From positions 1 to 45,593 of IMG/VR virus record IMGVR_UViG_3300043580_000111: a stretch of DNA of 45,593 nt; one strand, 5' to 3'. This stretch comes from a virus (Duplodnaviria > Caudoviricetes). Positions 17,149-26,729 of this stretch are shown here, piece by piece. Both the position numbers and the translations under genes were made by a program. The notes under the pieces were generated by a model, which saw nothing but the letters and a program-made list of their open reading frames with translations, had not been told where the DNA came from and did not search any database. Every line of letters begins with the position of its first letter. Positions within the stretch are counted from its first letter, which is position 1.

Positions 17149-19494
17149 ATGGCGGAAGAAACCACATCCACCGCGTCCGACCAGCAACTCAGCCAGATCA
17201 TCAACCAACTGCTGGCGGGCAGGACGGCGCAACCCGCCGTTGATCCCAACACCGGCCCCTCCTCGCGCGAGGGGCGCGGTATCCTGTCGCTCCTCGGCGA
17301 GGGCCTCGGCGGCGGCAGTCAGTATGGGACGACAGCCGAACGCGAACAGGGCGGCCTCGGCGCCCTCGGGGCGCTGGGTTCGCGGATGCTTCAGGCGTCC
17401 GACTGGTCGGTCATGCCGCACTCTTTCGGATCGATCCTCGGGCAGGGTCTGGACGCGGCGCGCGGCAATCTCGGCCACACCCAGGCGGTCTCGGCGGCAC
17501 AGCATTACGCCGCGCAACAGCTGGCCCATGAGCAGCAGCAGGACCAGATCGCGCGGCTGAAGGAGGCGCTGCCGTATCTGCAACTGCAAGAGGATCAGCG
17601 CGCGGCGGCGCGGCAACGGGAGTTGCTGAAGCCGGGTTCGACCAACACCAACATCGGCGCGGCTGGTAATGGTCCGCCTGATCCTGGCTCCCCGGCCGGG
17701 CAGGTCGCGACACGCACGGCGGCGTTCTGGTCTGCTCAGGGCTATTCACCGGAACAGGTCGCCGGGATCATGGCCGGTGGCCCAGGCGCGGAGAGCAGTT
17801 TCAATCCCGGCGCCAAAGGCGATGGCGGCGATTCGCACGGACTCTACCAGCACCAGGGGCCGCGCTGGGCGGAGATGGTCAAACGCTACGGTCCCAATCC
17901 GACCGAGGCGCAGCAGCATGAGTTCGCCGCCTGGGAGATATCTCCACAAGGCACGCACGCCGCTGTTGGCGCCGCGCTGAAGCAGGCGAAGACGCCGCAA
18001 GAGGCGGCGGCGATATGGACCAAGGGGTTCGAGAGACCGAAGAACGCCGACGATCAGGCGGCGGCGAGGGCGTCGGTCGCCGGAAGGTATGTTGGTTACG
18101 GACAGGCGCCCGCCAAGGCAGGCGCGCCCGCGGCAACGCCAGCCGCGCCGGGGCAGGCCACCATGCCACCGCCGGAGCCGCCCCTGCTGGCCGGCACGGC
18201 CCAGACGGCGGGCGATGTCGGAGCGCCAACCGGAACCGTCATCCCACCCTCGCCACCCGGCAGCGACGCCACCGTGGCCGAGATCGAGGCGGGCCGGGCG
18301 TCTTCCCCGGCGCGGACCGGGGCGTCTCAGCCAGGAACGGTCGTCACCGCCCAGGCGGGCGGGCAGCAGCCCTCCGCCACGCAACTACCGCCAATTCCGA
18401 TCGCCGGGGGCGTCGTTGTCGCGCACCCTGGTTCTTTTTCCGAGTTCCGCGCGCGGGAGTTCGTCCCGCCACCCCAGACCGAGGATTTCAATCCAAACCT
18501 GACACCGGCGCAGCAGAGGGCCTTCGCCAGCGAAGCCGCCGCGATCGAGAAAAGAGCCGAATCCATCGCGGCCGGGAGGGTCATCAGTCCAAAAGAGGTA
18601 GCGGATATCAGGGCCGCGCGGGAGGAAATCAAAGCCAAGGTCGAACTGGCGGCGCAGGAGAAGGCGCAGAAGGCGGCCGTCGCGCGCTCGGCCTACGACA
18701 AGGAACAGGACGGCCGCATCCAGACCCGTTACGAGAAAGAACTAGATAAATACGGAGCGGCGGCGGCGGCGCAGCAGGCGCAGACCCATGAAATGCAGAA
18801 GATCGAGAAGACCGCCGAGCAGACACGCCTGACCAATAAAGAACAGGTGCAAAACGGCGCGGCCCAGGATCTTCAGAAAGACCTGAACAAAGAGAGCATG
18901 GCGGCGCGAGATCGCATCACCGCCCTGGATGCCGCGCTGGAACTCTCCCGTAACGTGAAAGACCCGACGCTGCTCGCCAGCAGGTCGATTGGCGGCGTCC
19001 CGATGGTTGATGCTCTTAAGGTCATAGGTATGGGAAGCGAGGCGTTCCAGAGCAGGCTCGGCGCCATCCAGGAACTCCGCTCGGGTCTCGCCGCCGTGAC
19101 CAAAGCCCTGCGGCAGGGGGTGCAACTCGGCACCGCGTCGGATGCCGACCTGCGTTTCATCACGTCCATGGGGGCGAGCGAGATGCAGGATGATTCCACC
19201 CGAGAGGCGATCCTGACCAATCTGATCGGCCAGCAGCACCGGAAGATGAAATACGGAACGGAGGTCTCCAAGCTACTGGCCAAGGGCATGAACATCGGCG
19301 ACGCCATGGATGAGGCGGAAAAGCGCGTGCCGGAAGTCACGCCGACGATGCCCGCGCGCCTGGAGAACGCACCGGACAAAGATCCGGAAACCATGAAATG
19401 GTTTAGAGATAATGTCCCGCCCAACACGATCTGGCGCTCGGAAGACGGCACGCGCCACATCAGACACGCGCCTGGATGGAAGCCGCCGCAATGA
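17149..19494 (+). CDS. Internal virion protein with phage-tail lysozyme domain
   Basis: GYSPEQVAGIM...ESSFNP...GLYQHQGPRW...AAAIWTKGFERP is a Phage_lysozyme2-type motif set, flanked by coiled coils. Confidence 0.85.
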   Translation: MAEETTSTASDQQLSQIINQLLAGRTAQPAVDPNTGPSSREGRGILSLLGEGLGGGSQYGTTAEREQGGLGALGALGSRMLQASDWSVMPHSFGSILGQGLDAARGNLGHTQAVSAAQHYAAQQLAHEQQQDQIARLKEALPYLQLQEDQRAAARQRELLKPGSTNTNIGAAGNGPPDPGSPAGQVATRTAAFWSAQGYSPEQVAGIMAGGPGAESSFNPGAKGDGGDSHGLYQHQGPRWAEMVKRYGPNPTEAQQHEFAAWEISPQGTHAAVGAALKQAKTPQEAAAIWTKGFERPKNADDQAAARASVAGRYVGYGQAPAKAGAPAATPAAPGQATMPPPEPPLLAGTAQTAGDVGAPTGTVIPPSPPGSDATVAEIEAGRASSPARTGASQPGTVVTAQAGGQQPSATQLPPIPIAGGVVVAHPGSFSEFRAREFVPPPQTEDFNPNLTPAQQRAFASEAAAIEKRAESIAAGRVISPKEVADIRAAREEIKAKVELAAQEKAQKAAVARSAYDKEQDGRIQTRYEKELDKYGAAAAAQQAQTHEMQKIEKTAEQTRLTNKEQVQNGAAQDLQKDLNKESMAARDRITALDAALELSRNVKDPTLLASRSIGGVPMVDALKVIGMGSEAFQSRLGAIQELRSGLAAVTKALRQGVQLGTASDADLRFITSMGASEMQDDSTREAILTNLIGQQHRKMKYGTEVSKLLAKGMNIGDAMDEAEKRVPEVTPTMPARLENAPDKDPETMKWFRDNVPPNTIWRSEDGTRHIRHAPGWKPPQ

Positions 19495-19509
19495 CCAGGA
19501 GGACGCGTT

Positions 19510-21180
19510 ATGGCGGGTGAGCCCCAGGATATCGAGGAAGACCCACGCGCCCACTCTTCGACACCGGCGGGGCAAACCCCCCAGGCACCGGAAGCGGAGG
19601 TAGATCCGCGCCGCCTCAGTACATCCACGGTGAAAGCCGCCAGCCCATTGAAGGTGCCTTACAAGAACGGGGAACCCCAGCCGTGGAACGTGGACGAAGA
19701 CGCCTGGGGCAATCGTATCCCAGACCCGGTCCCGCCAGGAGCCATCGGCCGGATCAAGGACGCGGCGGTCGAAGGGTTCAAACAGACAGAACCCATCCAA
19801 ACACCGTATCTGCGCGAACTGTTCAACAAGGGACCGCTCGGTCGCTACATCTATAACCCCGCCCTGGACACGCTTGGCGGCGCGCTTGGTGTGTTGAGCG
19901 GCGCGGGACGCGGGGTTCAACAAGGCGCCAAGGAAATTGGTGATACGATCGATCCACGCCTTGGGCGGGATCTCGCCATGGGAGCCCAGGTCGTCGGCGC
20001 GCTGGCTCCGCAACTGGCGGGACCCCGCGCGGGCATGAAGCCAGACTTCACCCCCTCGACCCGACCGTCCACCGTCATGGAACGCATGGCGCCGCGACCG
20101 ATCGAAGGGCAGACCAGTCTCGGCCGGGCGATCGACCTGCTGCGTCACGACACGGGGTGGGGGAAGCCGGAGACGCCCGGCTACCTGCCACCAGGGGTCA
20201 ACCCCAACCAACCAGGGTTCATGCCGCCTGGGGCGGCGCTGCCGGTCACCGGGCCGCACCCCGCGGGCGTGCCTGATACGTTGCTTGGTAAGGCCCTGGA
20301 GCAACAGCGCCCGGCGCCAACCCCAACACCAGGGCCGTCGCTGGCGCCGCCGGAGGCGCTCGGGCCAGTGGAATATGCGAAGCAGATCTCTTCCGGTTAC
20401 TTCGATATCGCGCACAGAAACAACGCGACCTATTCGCCTGAATACATGAACAAGGCATTCGATGTCGCCAAGGTCGTTCCAGGGCAGACAGAACATGGAA
20501 TAGTAACGGGCGGCCCGACCGCCGTGACTTCCCTACTTGAACGGTGGCAGGGTCTGCGGGACAAGCCCGCGACCCTTCAGGGCGCGACGGAGATGGATCG
20601 CAGCATCGCCGATCTGATCACTCAGGAATACGGCCCGAGAGGGATTTCCGGCGTTGGGAAACAACTCCAGGAGATCCAACGCAACCTGCGAGACCACTTC
20701 GAGAACCCAGGCGCGGGGGACGTGACCGGCGGCACCGCTGGTATCGAGGCGATGGCGCCCGCCCGCCAGGCGTGGTCCCAGGCACTCAAGATGGACGACA
20801 TCGTCCGGATGCAGGAGCGCGCCGACAGGACACAGAATCCGACGCAGTCCATCAAAACCCAGGCGAACACGCTGCTTTCCAGCCGCACTAAATCCCGCGG
20901 CTGGTCTCCCGAGGAAAAAGCCGCACTGGAGCACATGGCTGACCGAGGCAAGGTCGGGGACGCGATATACGGACTTGGTAGCCGCCTCATGTCCAAGGCC
21001 GGCGCCGCCGCTGGTGCGGCGATAGGCGGGCTCCCTGGGATGGCTGTCGGATACACCCTGGGAGAGGGCGGGTCAGCCCTCGCCAGAGGGGCGGTCAATC
21101 GAAGGGCGGCGGGACGGATTCAGCAAATGCTGGACACACTAAAACAGGGCCTCCCCCCGCCGCCCCCTGGCGCGCCGTGA
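19510..21180 (+). CDS. Internal virion/DNA transfer protein
   Basis: Last gene of the structural operon; GGAGG RBS; C-terminal Gly/Ala hydrophobic segment. Confidence 0.7.
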   Translation: MAGEPQDIEEDPRAHSSTPAGQTPQAPEAEVDPRRLSTSTVKAASPLKVPYKNGEPQPWNVDEDAWGNRIPDPVPPGAIGRIKDAAVEGFKQTEPIQTPYLRELFNKGPLGRYIYNPALDTLGGALGVLSGAGRGVQQGAKEIGDTIDPRLGRDLAMGAQVVGALAPQLAGPRAGMKPDFTPSTRPSTVMERMAPRPIEGQTSLGRAIDLLRHDTGWGKPETPGYLPPGVNPNQPGFMPPGAALPVTGPHPAGVPDTLLGKALEQQRPAPTPTPGPSLAPPEALGPVEYAKQISSGYFDIAHRNNATYSPEYMNKAFDVAKVVPGQTEHGIVTGGPTAVTSLLERWQGLRDKPATLQGATEMDRSIADLITQEYGPRGISGVGKQLQEIQRNLRDHFENPGAGDVTGGTAGIEAMAPARQAWSQALKMDDIVRMQERADRTQNPTQSIKTQANTLLSSRTKSRGWSPEEKAALEHMADRGKVGDAIYGLGSRLMSKAGAAAGAAIGGLPGMAVGYTLGEGGSALARGAVNRRAAGRIQQMLDTLKQGLPPPPPGAP

Positions 21181-21330
21181 TCCATGAGTGAAATACACCA
21201 GTGACCCGATCGCCAGTAACGGCAACCACACCCACCAGTACAAGATCCCCAGGAGCGCGATCCAGAATACGATATCGGGAAACAACCAGATGAACAGGAT
21301 CGCGACACAGACCCAGGCGAGCGCGATCAT
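21139..21330 (-). CDS. Small Trp-rich membrane protein (63 aa)
   Basis: MIALAWVCVAILFIWLFPDIVFWIALLGILYWWVWLPLLAIGSLVYF; ATG overlaps the upstream stop (ATGA). Confidence 0.55.
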   Translation of the reverse strand: MIALAWVCVAILFIWLFPDIVFWIALLGILYWWVWLPLLAIGSLVYFTHGSRRARGRRGEALF

Positions 21331-21467
21331 AACGTCGCCACCACCCACAGGAACACACCGACCACGCCAGCCACGGCGGTGGCGTCGGTGATCCAGCCCC
21401 AGGCGCCGCTCCAGAGCCGGGAGCGGCTGCGTCTGAAATGCCAGTGCCAGGCGAGGGAGTGGTTCAT
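21327..21467 (-). CDS. Small Trp-rich membrane protein (46 aa, not in the ORF track)
   Basis: MNHSLAWHWHFRRSRSRLWSGAWGWITDATAVAGVVGVFLWVVATL; ATGA overlaps on both sides. Confidence 0.55.
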   Translation of the reverse strand: MNHSLAWHWHFRRSRSRLWSGAWGWITDATAVAGVVGVFLWVVATL

Positions 21468-21664
21468 GCTCCCACCTCGCTGTTGAGCGCCTTCACGATC
21501 GCGGTGGCGGAACTGAACGTCGCTCCGCGCGCCAGGATCTCATCGGTGCAACCGGATTCGTGGCGGAGAATATCGTAGCGGCTGTCTTCGCTTTTGCCCG
21601 CCGTCCTGATGAGGCTGTAGAGGATCGTCATTTCTGTCGCTTGCATCTTGTTCAACCTTTTCAC
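21464..21664 (-). CDS. Hypothetical protein
   Basis: In the - strand operon; stop overlaps the next ATG; start uncertain (GTG 21664 or ATG 21646). Confidence 0.55.
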   Translation of the reverse strand: MKRLNKMQATEMTILYSLIRTAGKSEDSRYDILRHESGCTDEILARGATFSSATAIVKALNSEVGA

Positions 21665-21680
21665 TTGTTAATAAACCGGA

Positions 21681-21723
21681 GCCAGGGTCAGGGTCGCCGA
21701 GACGAAAGCGCCCCGACCCCGGC
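21681..21723 (-). terminator. Strong stem-loop after the PEP-CTERM gene
   Basis: On the - strand gccggggtcgggg...ccctgaccctggc forms a 13-bp stem with two G-U pairs, followed by tccggtttatt. Confidence 0.5.
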
Positions 21724-21749
21724 GAGTGCCGCGCGAAGGAGGAAACCGT

Positions 21750-22517
21750 TCAGGCGGCGCTCTGGCCCTCACTACCACGACGGCGGCGCTTCACCATGCC
21801 GAGTCCAAGCAGCCCCGTACCAAGCACCGCCAGAGAGGCGGGCTCCGGCACGTCAGCTGTCACCGAGGGGACCAGGAAGAAGCTCTCAGCGCCGTCGCTG
21901 GCGTTCGACCATCTCGCGTAAAACTCGATCTGGCTGTTGGGCGACAGGTCGTTGCGGTCGATGTTGAAGCCGCTCAACACATAGTCAGGGAAGCCGGTGC
22001 CGTTGTTGTTCGTCGGCAGCGGCGTTCCGTTCGCTGGGTTGTAATCGGCGAGGATCGTCTTGTTGACGACATCGAGCACGACGAAGCGTTGCAGCACTTC
22101 AGGACCGGCGCCCGTGGCCGTGTTCACGTCGATCCCGACATTCAGTTGCCCATTCAAATCGAGCTGTGAGATCAAGAACGCACGCAGGAACGAGACAAGA
22201 TACGGCGTGCCTTGCACGTCGTTGTCGAGGTTCGCTCCGACCGTGGCCGATGAGAAGTCGCTGAACGCGACCTGGCTACCGCCCTGTTTGTAGTTGTTGT
22301 AACCGAAGCCCGCCGGCTGTTGGGGTTGCTGCGTGCCACAGATCAAACAAGGCGTGTTCAACGGCTGGTTGCCGGGAGGCGGGACCGCGATCAGCGACAG
22401 CGCCGAGGTGTTGGCATTGGCGGTGTAGCCCAGCGTAGAGATGATGTCAGCGCGAGCCGTTGGCTGGAAAAACATCGCCCCGGTGACGATGGCCGTGGTC
22501 ATCAATAAGCGTTTCAT
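21750..22517 (-). CDS. PEP-CTERM sorting-domain protein with signal peptide
   Basis: N-terminal MKRLLMTTAIVTGAMFFQPTARA signal peptide; C-terminal VPEPASLAVLGTGLLGLGMVKRRRR; AAGGA RBS. Confidence 0.93.
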   Translation of the reverse strand: MKRLLMTTAIVTGAMFFQPTARADIISTLGYTANANTSALSLIAVPPPGNQPLNTPCLICGTQQPQQPAGFGYNNYKQGGSQVAFSDFSSATVGANLDNDVQGTPYLVSFLRAFLISQLDLNGQLNVGIDVNTATGAGPEVLQRFVVLDVVNKTILADYNPANGTPLPTNNNGTGFPDYVLSGFNIDRNDLSPNSQIEFYARWSNASDGAESFFLVPSVTADVPEPASLAVLGTGLLGLGMVKRRRRGSEGQSAA

Positions 22518-22546
22518 CGTGAGTTTCCTTTTGTTGACGTGGAAGT

Positions 22547-23701
22547 TTAGTTCGACCACCGGTCGCCTTTAACGATACCTAAAACGGTGGTGCTGGTCAG
22601 TTCGGTATTCAGAACGGCGAGGGTCTTCGACAAGGTAGCCAGTTTGACATGGATCGCCGCCCAGACCTTGAAGTCGGCGAGAACGTCGGCATGGTACTGG
22701 TCCAGTGGCGAGAGGGTCGGAGGCGGCGGTGGTAGCTCTGTTGGTGGCGGTGTGGGTATCGATGGCGGCGGTGCTGCCGGTGGTGCTGGCGGGGACGGCG
22801 GTGGTTGTTGTCCAAGGAATTGTATCGATGCCAGATCCAAAGCGGGGCGTGCCGCCAGAACCGTGCCGCCCGACATCAACCCAAATACCGTGTTACCAGA
22901 AAACCCAACAGGATAACCGCCAGGGTTAAGTAAGAGATAACCTCCACCACTATCGTTAACAATCGTATTGTCTCTGATCGACACGGTTCTTCCGGCATTG
23001 CTCGCCCCTTCCTCGCCGTAAGCGAGTATGGCCGGGTTTTGCGTCGCGGCGCCCTGCTCAATGATGTTGCCCGCTATCGTGGCGTCGCCGCCGTTCGGCA
23101 GATCGATGCTGTACGACGAGGAAGAATCATTATCGAAAATCCGGTTGCCGGTGATGACGTTATTCACGGCGCGGGACTTGATTTCATGCCCGACGCTGGT
23201 GTCGTGGACATAGCTGTTGGTAAGCGTGAAAGTCGCGATCTGGCCGATGTAGAGCCCGTGCGTATGGCCGTTGCCGCCGACGCCATTGAACGCGATCTCG
23301 GAGTTGTCGATGCTGATCGACCCGGAGGCGTCGGCGGCCCCCAGCAGCCCGTCCTGGTTGTCGTGCAGGTAGACGTTATCGAGCGTCAGGCTCCCGCCCT
23401 GGTATCGCACCGCCGCGCCGTTGGCATCCGGCACGGTGACGCCGGAGATGTCGAAGCCGCTGATGGTGACGTTGCCCTGCTCGGTGATCATCGCCTTGCC
23501 GTCCGGCGGTTGCCAGCCATTGGCGGTGGTCAGCTTCACCCAGCCGCCCACGGCGACGAGGTTCAGGTCGTGGGTGATCGACAGCCACGTGTTGGTCCAG
23601 GCGCCGGCCTGGACTTCGATGGTATCGCCGGATGTGGAGGCGTCGATCGCCGCCTGGATCGAGCCGCCCGCCGCCACGTTGATGATCATCGGTCCCGCCA
23701 T
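22547..23701 (-). CDS. Right-handed parallel beta-helix protein (polysaccharide lyase-like) with a Pro-rich linker
   Basis: SIQAAIDA...GDTIEV, NGAAVRY, HDNQDGLL, HTHGLYIG, GHEIKSRA and YSIDLPNGG motifs with Asn ladders. Confidence 0.8.
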   Translation of the reverse strand: MAGPMIINVAAGGSIQAAIDASTSGDTIEVQAGAWTNTWLSITHDLNLVAVGGWVKLTTANGWQPPDGKAMITEQGNVTISGFDISGVTVPDANGAAVRYQGGSLTLDNVYLHDNQDGLLGAADASGSISIDNSEIAFNGVGGNGHTHGLYIGQIATFTLTNSYVHDTSVGHEIKSRAVNNVITGNRIFDNDSSSSYSIDLPNGGDATIAGNIIEQGAATQNPAILAYGEEGASNAGRTVSIRDNTIVNDSGGGYLLLNPGGYPVGFSGNTVFGLMSGGTVLAARPALDLASIQFLGQQPPPSPPAPPAAPPPSIPTPPPTELPPPPPTLSPLDQYHADVLADFKVWAAIHVKLATLSKTLAVLNTELTSTTVLGIVKGDRWSN

Positions 23702-23850
23702 TTCGTAAGATCGTCAACCGCCACCTTGTCAGGAGACAGCGACGCCGTCACGGCTTCGCGGAGTTGTTCGTTCTGCCGCGTCAGATCGGCGACCTCCCGC
23801 TCCAGCTCCTCGATCTGGCGGCGCAGGTCGTTGATGAGATCGGGGACCAT
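23686..23850 (-). CDS. Small coiled-coil protein
   Basis: TGATG coupling to the polymerase stop; heptad pattern LRRQIEELEREVADLTRQNEQL. Confidence 0.6.
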   Translation of the reverse strand: MVPDLINDLRRQIEELEREVADLTRQNEQLREAVTASLSPDKVAVDDLTKWRDR

Positions 23851-25892
23851 CACGATTTCATGTAGCGAGGGCCGCGCGATCCTTCGGCCCTCAAAGGAAA
23901 ACCCTCGGCCCAGTCGGGCAGCTCCGACATGATGGCGCACATGGAGTCCACGGACCCAAACCCCACCGGAGGCTCGCAGACGACCTCGTCATGGATGAGC
24001 GTGAGCGGGCGGTAGCCCTCCTGTTCCAGGCGCAGCGCGGCGTGGACGAGGAGGTCGCGGCACAAACCCTGTACGGCGTTCTCGGTCAGCCGGCCCCCAT
24101 ACGTTTGTTGCCTCTCCCATTTCTTGTTCAGACTGTTGACCGCCATATATGAAACGCAATCGTTGCCGAAACGACCTGTCTCGATCAGGGGCTGGGAATA
24201 CCAGATGTATCTCCCCGAAGGCAGGCGCATCCGCAGCCACTTGCGATCCATGCGAAACCGAATGCGCCCGCCACAAATGGCGGTGGACTGACCAGGGTGA
24301 CGCACGGCGTCGATCGCCGCCTGGTTCATGTCCTCCCACAGGCGGGGTATTTGTTTGTAAGTCCCGCGATACACGCCCACGGCGCGTTCCGCCTCTTCCG
24401 GGGCGAGGAGAACACTCGCCTGCGCGATGCAGGTCTCGCGGAACTTATGCCAACCCATTTGATAGCCGCAGCCAAGCACCAGGGTCTTGCCGACGAAACG
24501 GGCGCGGCTGTCCTTGGTCACGGTCACGGGGTCGATGCCATAAACCCTGGCGCCGATCTCCTCGTAGACTTTCCGCTTCGCGCGGAACGCCTCGACCAGA
24601 TCATTCTGGCCGCTCAGCCACGCCACGCCCACCGCCTCGACCGAGGCGAAGTCGCCCGCCGCGATCTCGTGGCCGGGGGCGGGGATGATCGCGCCGCGCA
24701 GCATCTTCGAGACGACATCGAGCGGCGGGCCAGCGATGGCGTCCACCATCGCCGCGCCGTGGTCGAGCAGTTCGCGGTGGCCCTCCCAGTCATGCACGAC
24801 ATCCCTGGGGAAATTCTGCACCTGCAACCCCTGGCTGATGTATCTGCCAGTTGATGCGCCGTGATAGCCGAGCAGACCCCTCACGCGGCCATCGGCACTG
24901 GAGCGGTCACTGATGGCCGCCAGCTTCCTGACGCTGATCTTGCCGGCTTCCAGGCGGCACCGGAGGACGCTCTTTTCGAGCAGTCCCACGCGGGGATCGG
25001 CGATCAAACGCTGAACATCCCGCCGCCGTAGATCGGGGATCACCTCTTCTTCCGGTTCAACCTCTTCCAGATCATCGAGTAGTTCACCCTCGCGGGCGAG
25101 ATCAGGCGGCGGCGAGAGATCGACGCCGCGCTTCATCAGCCACATCTTGAGCGCGCCAACATTGGACGCGGTTTTGACGATGCCGACCGTGAGGAGATTC
25201 ATGTCGTGATTGAGGAGGGCGACGGTCTCCTCGGCGACGATCGACGCCGCCTCGACGAAGCCCAAATCAAATCTCACCCCCCTGTCGTTCATGCTTTCCG
25301 TCAGATCCCACACGTCGAGTTCCGGCTGGGGCAGAGCGGCGGTGGAGCGTTGGACCTGGCGCTCCACTTTCACATCGGTCGAGCAATAGTCGCTCAACCG
25401 GGCCATGCGGGCCTCATCTTCCCACCACGCCAGTGACCCATCCGAGGTTCTTCTCGGTTTGCACATCTGGAGCATGAGGCGCCAGCCGTCGCCATCCTTC
25501 TTGATCGGCAAGCCCAACGCCATTCCCGCCCCGTCGAGGCTGGCCGGCAGGGCCTGGGCGCGGGCGCGGGCCATGGTGCAAATCCATCTGTCGATCGCGA
25601 CCAGTGGCCAACCGTGGCGCGGGCGCAGGACGCCTTCGATCAACAGCCGCTCGAACTGGGCGTTATGGGCGACGACCTCGCGCGTGGGGTCTTCCAGGTG
25701 TTTGAGGTATTTCGGGAGGAGTTCTTGCCCCGGGCGCCACTCCCACGGCTCTTCCATGCCGATGGCGAGGCGGGCGACGGTAACGGAGGTGGAGGGATGA
25801 GCGGCGTAGACGTAGACGCCGGTCTTCCTGAGATCGACGGTCGATCGGGTTTCGAGATCGAGGAAGAGAAGCTGATCAATGTCAGTAGTCAT
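23850..25892 (-). CDS. DNA polymerase, family A (APSE-like), with 3'-5' exonuclease
   Basis: LDLETRS and AHNAQFER exonuclease motifs; motif A DFASVE, motif B KTLVLGCGY, motif C IHDEV; YGGRLTENAVQ. Confidence 0.95.
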   Translation of the reverse strand: MTTDIDQLLFLDLETRSTVDLRKTGVYVYAAHPSTSVTVARLAIGMEEPWEWRPGQELLPKYLKHLEDPTREVVAHNAQFERLLIEGVLRPRHGWPLVAIDRWICTMARARAQALPASLDGAGMALGLPIKKDGDGWRLMLQMCKPRRTSDGSLAWWEDEARMARLSDYCSTDVKVERQVQRSTAALPQPELDVWDLTESMNDRGVRFDLGFVEAASIVAEETVALLNHDMNLLTVGIVKTASNVGALKMWLMKRGVDLSPPPDLAREGELLDDLEEVEPEEEVIPDLRRRDVQRLIADPRVGLLEKSVLRCRLEAGKISVRKLAAISDRSSADGRVRGLLGYHGASTGRYISQGLQVQNFPRDVVHDWEGHRELLDHGAAMVDAIAGPPLDVVSKMLRGAIIPAPGHEIAAGDFASVEAVGVAWLSGQNDLVEAFRAKRKVYEEIGARVYGIDPVTVTKDSRARFVGKTLVLGCGYQMGWHKFRETCIAQASVLLAPEEAERAVGVYRGTYKQIPRLWEDMNQAAIDAVRHPGQSTAICGGRIRFRMDRKWLRMRLPSGRYIWYSQPLIETGRFGNDCVSYMAVNSLNKKWERQQTYGGRLTENAVQGLCRDLLVHAALRLEQEGYRPLTLIHDEVVCEPPVGFGSVDSMCAIMSELPDWAEGFPLRAEGSRGPRYMKS

Positions 25893-26124
25893 CGTTTTCC
25901 CACCTGATATCGACGTAATCATAATCCTGGATCGACTGGTTATCTTCGTTCAGCAGATGGAACGCGTGATCCCAGGTGTTTATCGCGTGCTCATCGAACC
26001 ACGCGCCCAGCGCGTTCATGCAGTTCTTTTCATTACGATAGAAGGACCACCCGGAAAGACCATCCTGGGCGATGTGAATACGCTTTCGGCAGTCGTGGCA
26101 GACCAGGTAGTAATTGACGCTCAT
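25882..26124 (-). CDS. Hypothetical protein (CxxC)
   Basis: YYLVCHDCRK; lies between SSB and polymerase; GGGGGTGAG upstream. Confidence 0.6.
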   Translation of the reverse strand: MSVNYYLVCHDCRKRIHIAQDGLSGWSFYRNEKNCMNALGAWFDEHAINTWDHAFHLLNEDNQSIQDYDYVDIRWENDDY

Positions 26125-26144
26125 ATCTCACCCCCGGGAAGACG

Positions 26145-26166
26145 CCCGCGCCCGGAAGGGCGCGGG
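26145..26166. terminator. Perfect 9-bp GC hairpin after the SSB gene
   Basis: cccgcgccc-ggaa-gggcgcggg; no clear U-tract, so may be an mRNA stabiliser. Confidence 0.5.
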
Positions 26167-26177
26167 TTACAGGACTG

Positions 26178-26723
26178 TTAGAACTCGTCTTCCATCTCTT
26201 CGACGACCTGATCGAAATCCTGCGCCGCCGACGTGCGGCCGAAAGCGCCGTCGTGCTTCAGCAACTGGACGTTGCCGAGACCCAAACTGACCCCGACCCC
26301 AATGTTGTTATAGACGAACGGTCGCACGCTGATGTTGGCCCAGCGCCCGGCGTAAACCGCGCGTGGATCAGTGACGGGTTCAAGCGAGGCATCGACGATG
26401 GCGGGCTTGTCCTTGGAGCTGACGGAGACGAAGTGCCAGCCCTTCTCGTATCCCGCCATGTGTTCTTTCTCTTCGGCGCGACGGACGACGCTCTCGGGGC
26501 GGCGGGCATTGGCCGGCCATTTCTTCTGGTCCTTGCCCCACACCTCCACGCACAGATCGTTGAGCGCCTTCAGCAGCGGCGCCACGTCGAAGGTGGGCGG
26601 CAGCAACAAGGTGCAGGTATATTTCTCATCGCCGCCATTGAACGAGCTCGGTTCGATCAACGAAGGAAAGCTGAGGCGGCCAGGGCCGAGGCGGATGGTT
26701 GATACAACTGGTTTCTGTGCCAT
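26178..26723 (-). CDS. ssDNA-binding protein, DUF2815 (T7 gp2.5/Enc34-like)
   Basis: RLSFPSL, KY, VYAG.WAN and GVSLGLGNVQ..K.DG.FG motifs; acidic tail ending in F. Confidence 0.9.
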   Translation of the reverse strand: MAQKPVVSTIRLGPGRLSFPSLIEPSSFNGGDEKYTCTLLLPPTFDVAPLLKALNDLCVEVWGKDQKKWPANARRPESVVRRAEEKEHMAGYEKGWHFVSVSSKDKPAIVDASLEPVTDPRAVYAGRWANISVRPFVYNNIGVGVSLGLGNVQLLKHDGAFGRTSAAQDFDQVVEEMEDEF

Positions 26724-26729
26724 TTTAAC

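Noticed and set aside
21188-21391. + strand 67-aa ORF after the last ejection gene
   Set aside because: It is antisense to two ATGA-coupled hydrophobic ORFs that fit the - strand operon better.
21606-21710. Possible hammerhead ribozyme (CTGATGAG ... CGAAA)
   Set aside because: The core elements are about 90 nt apart, stem II does not pair, and CTGATGAG lies inside an antisense CDS.
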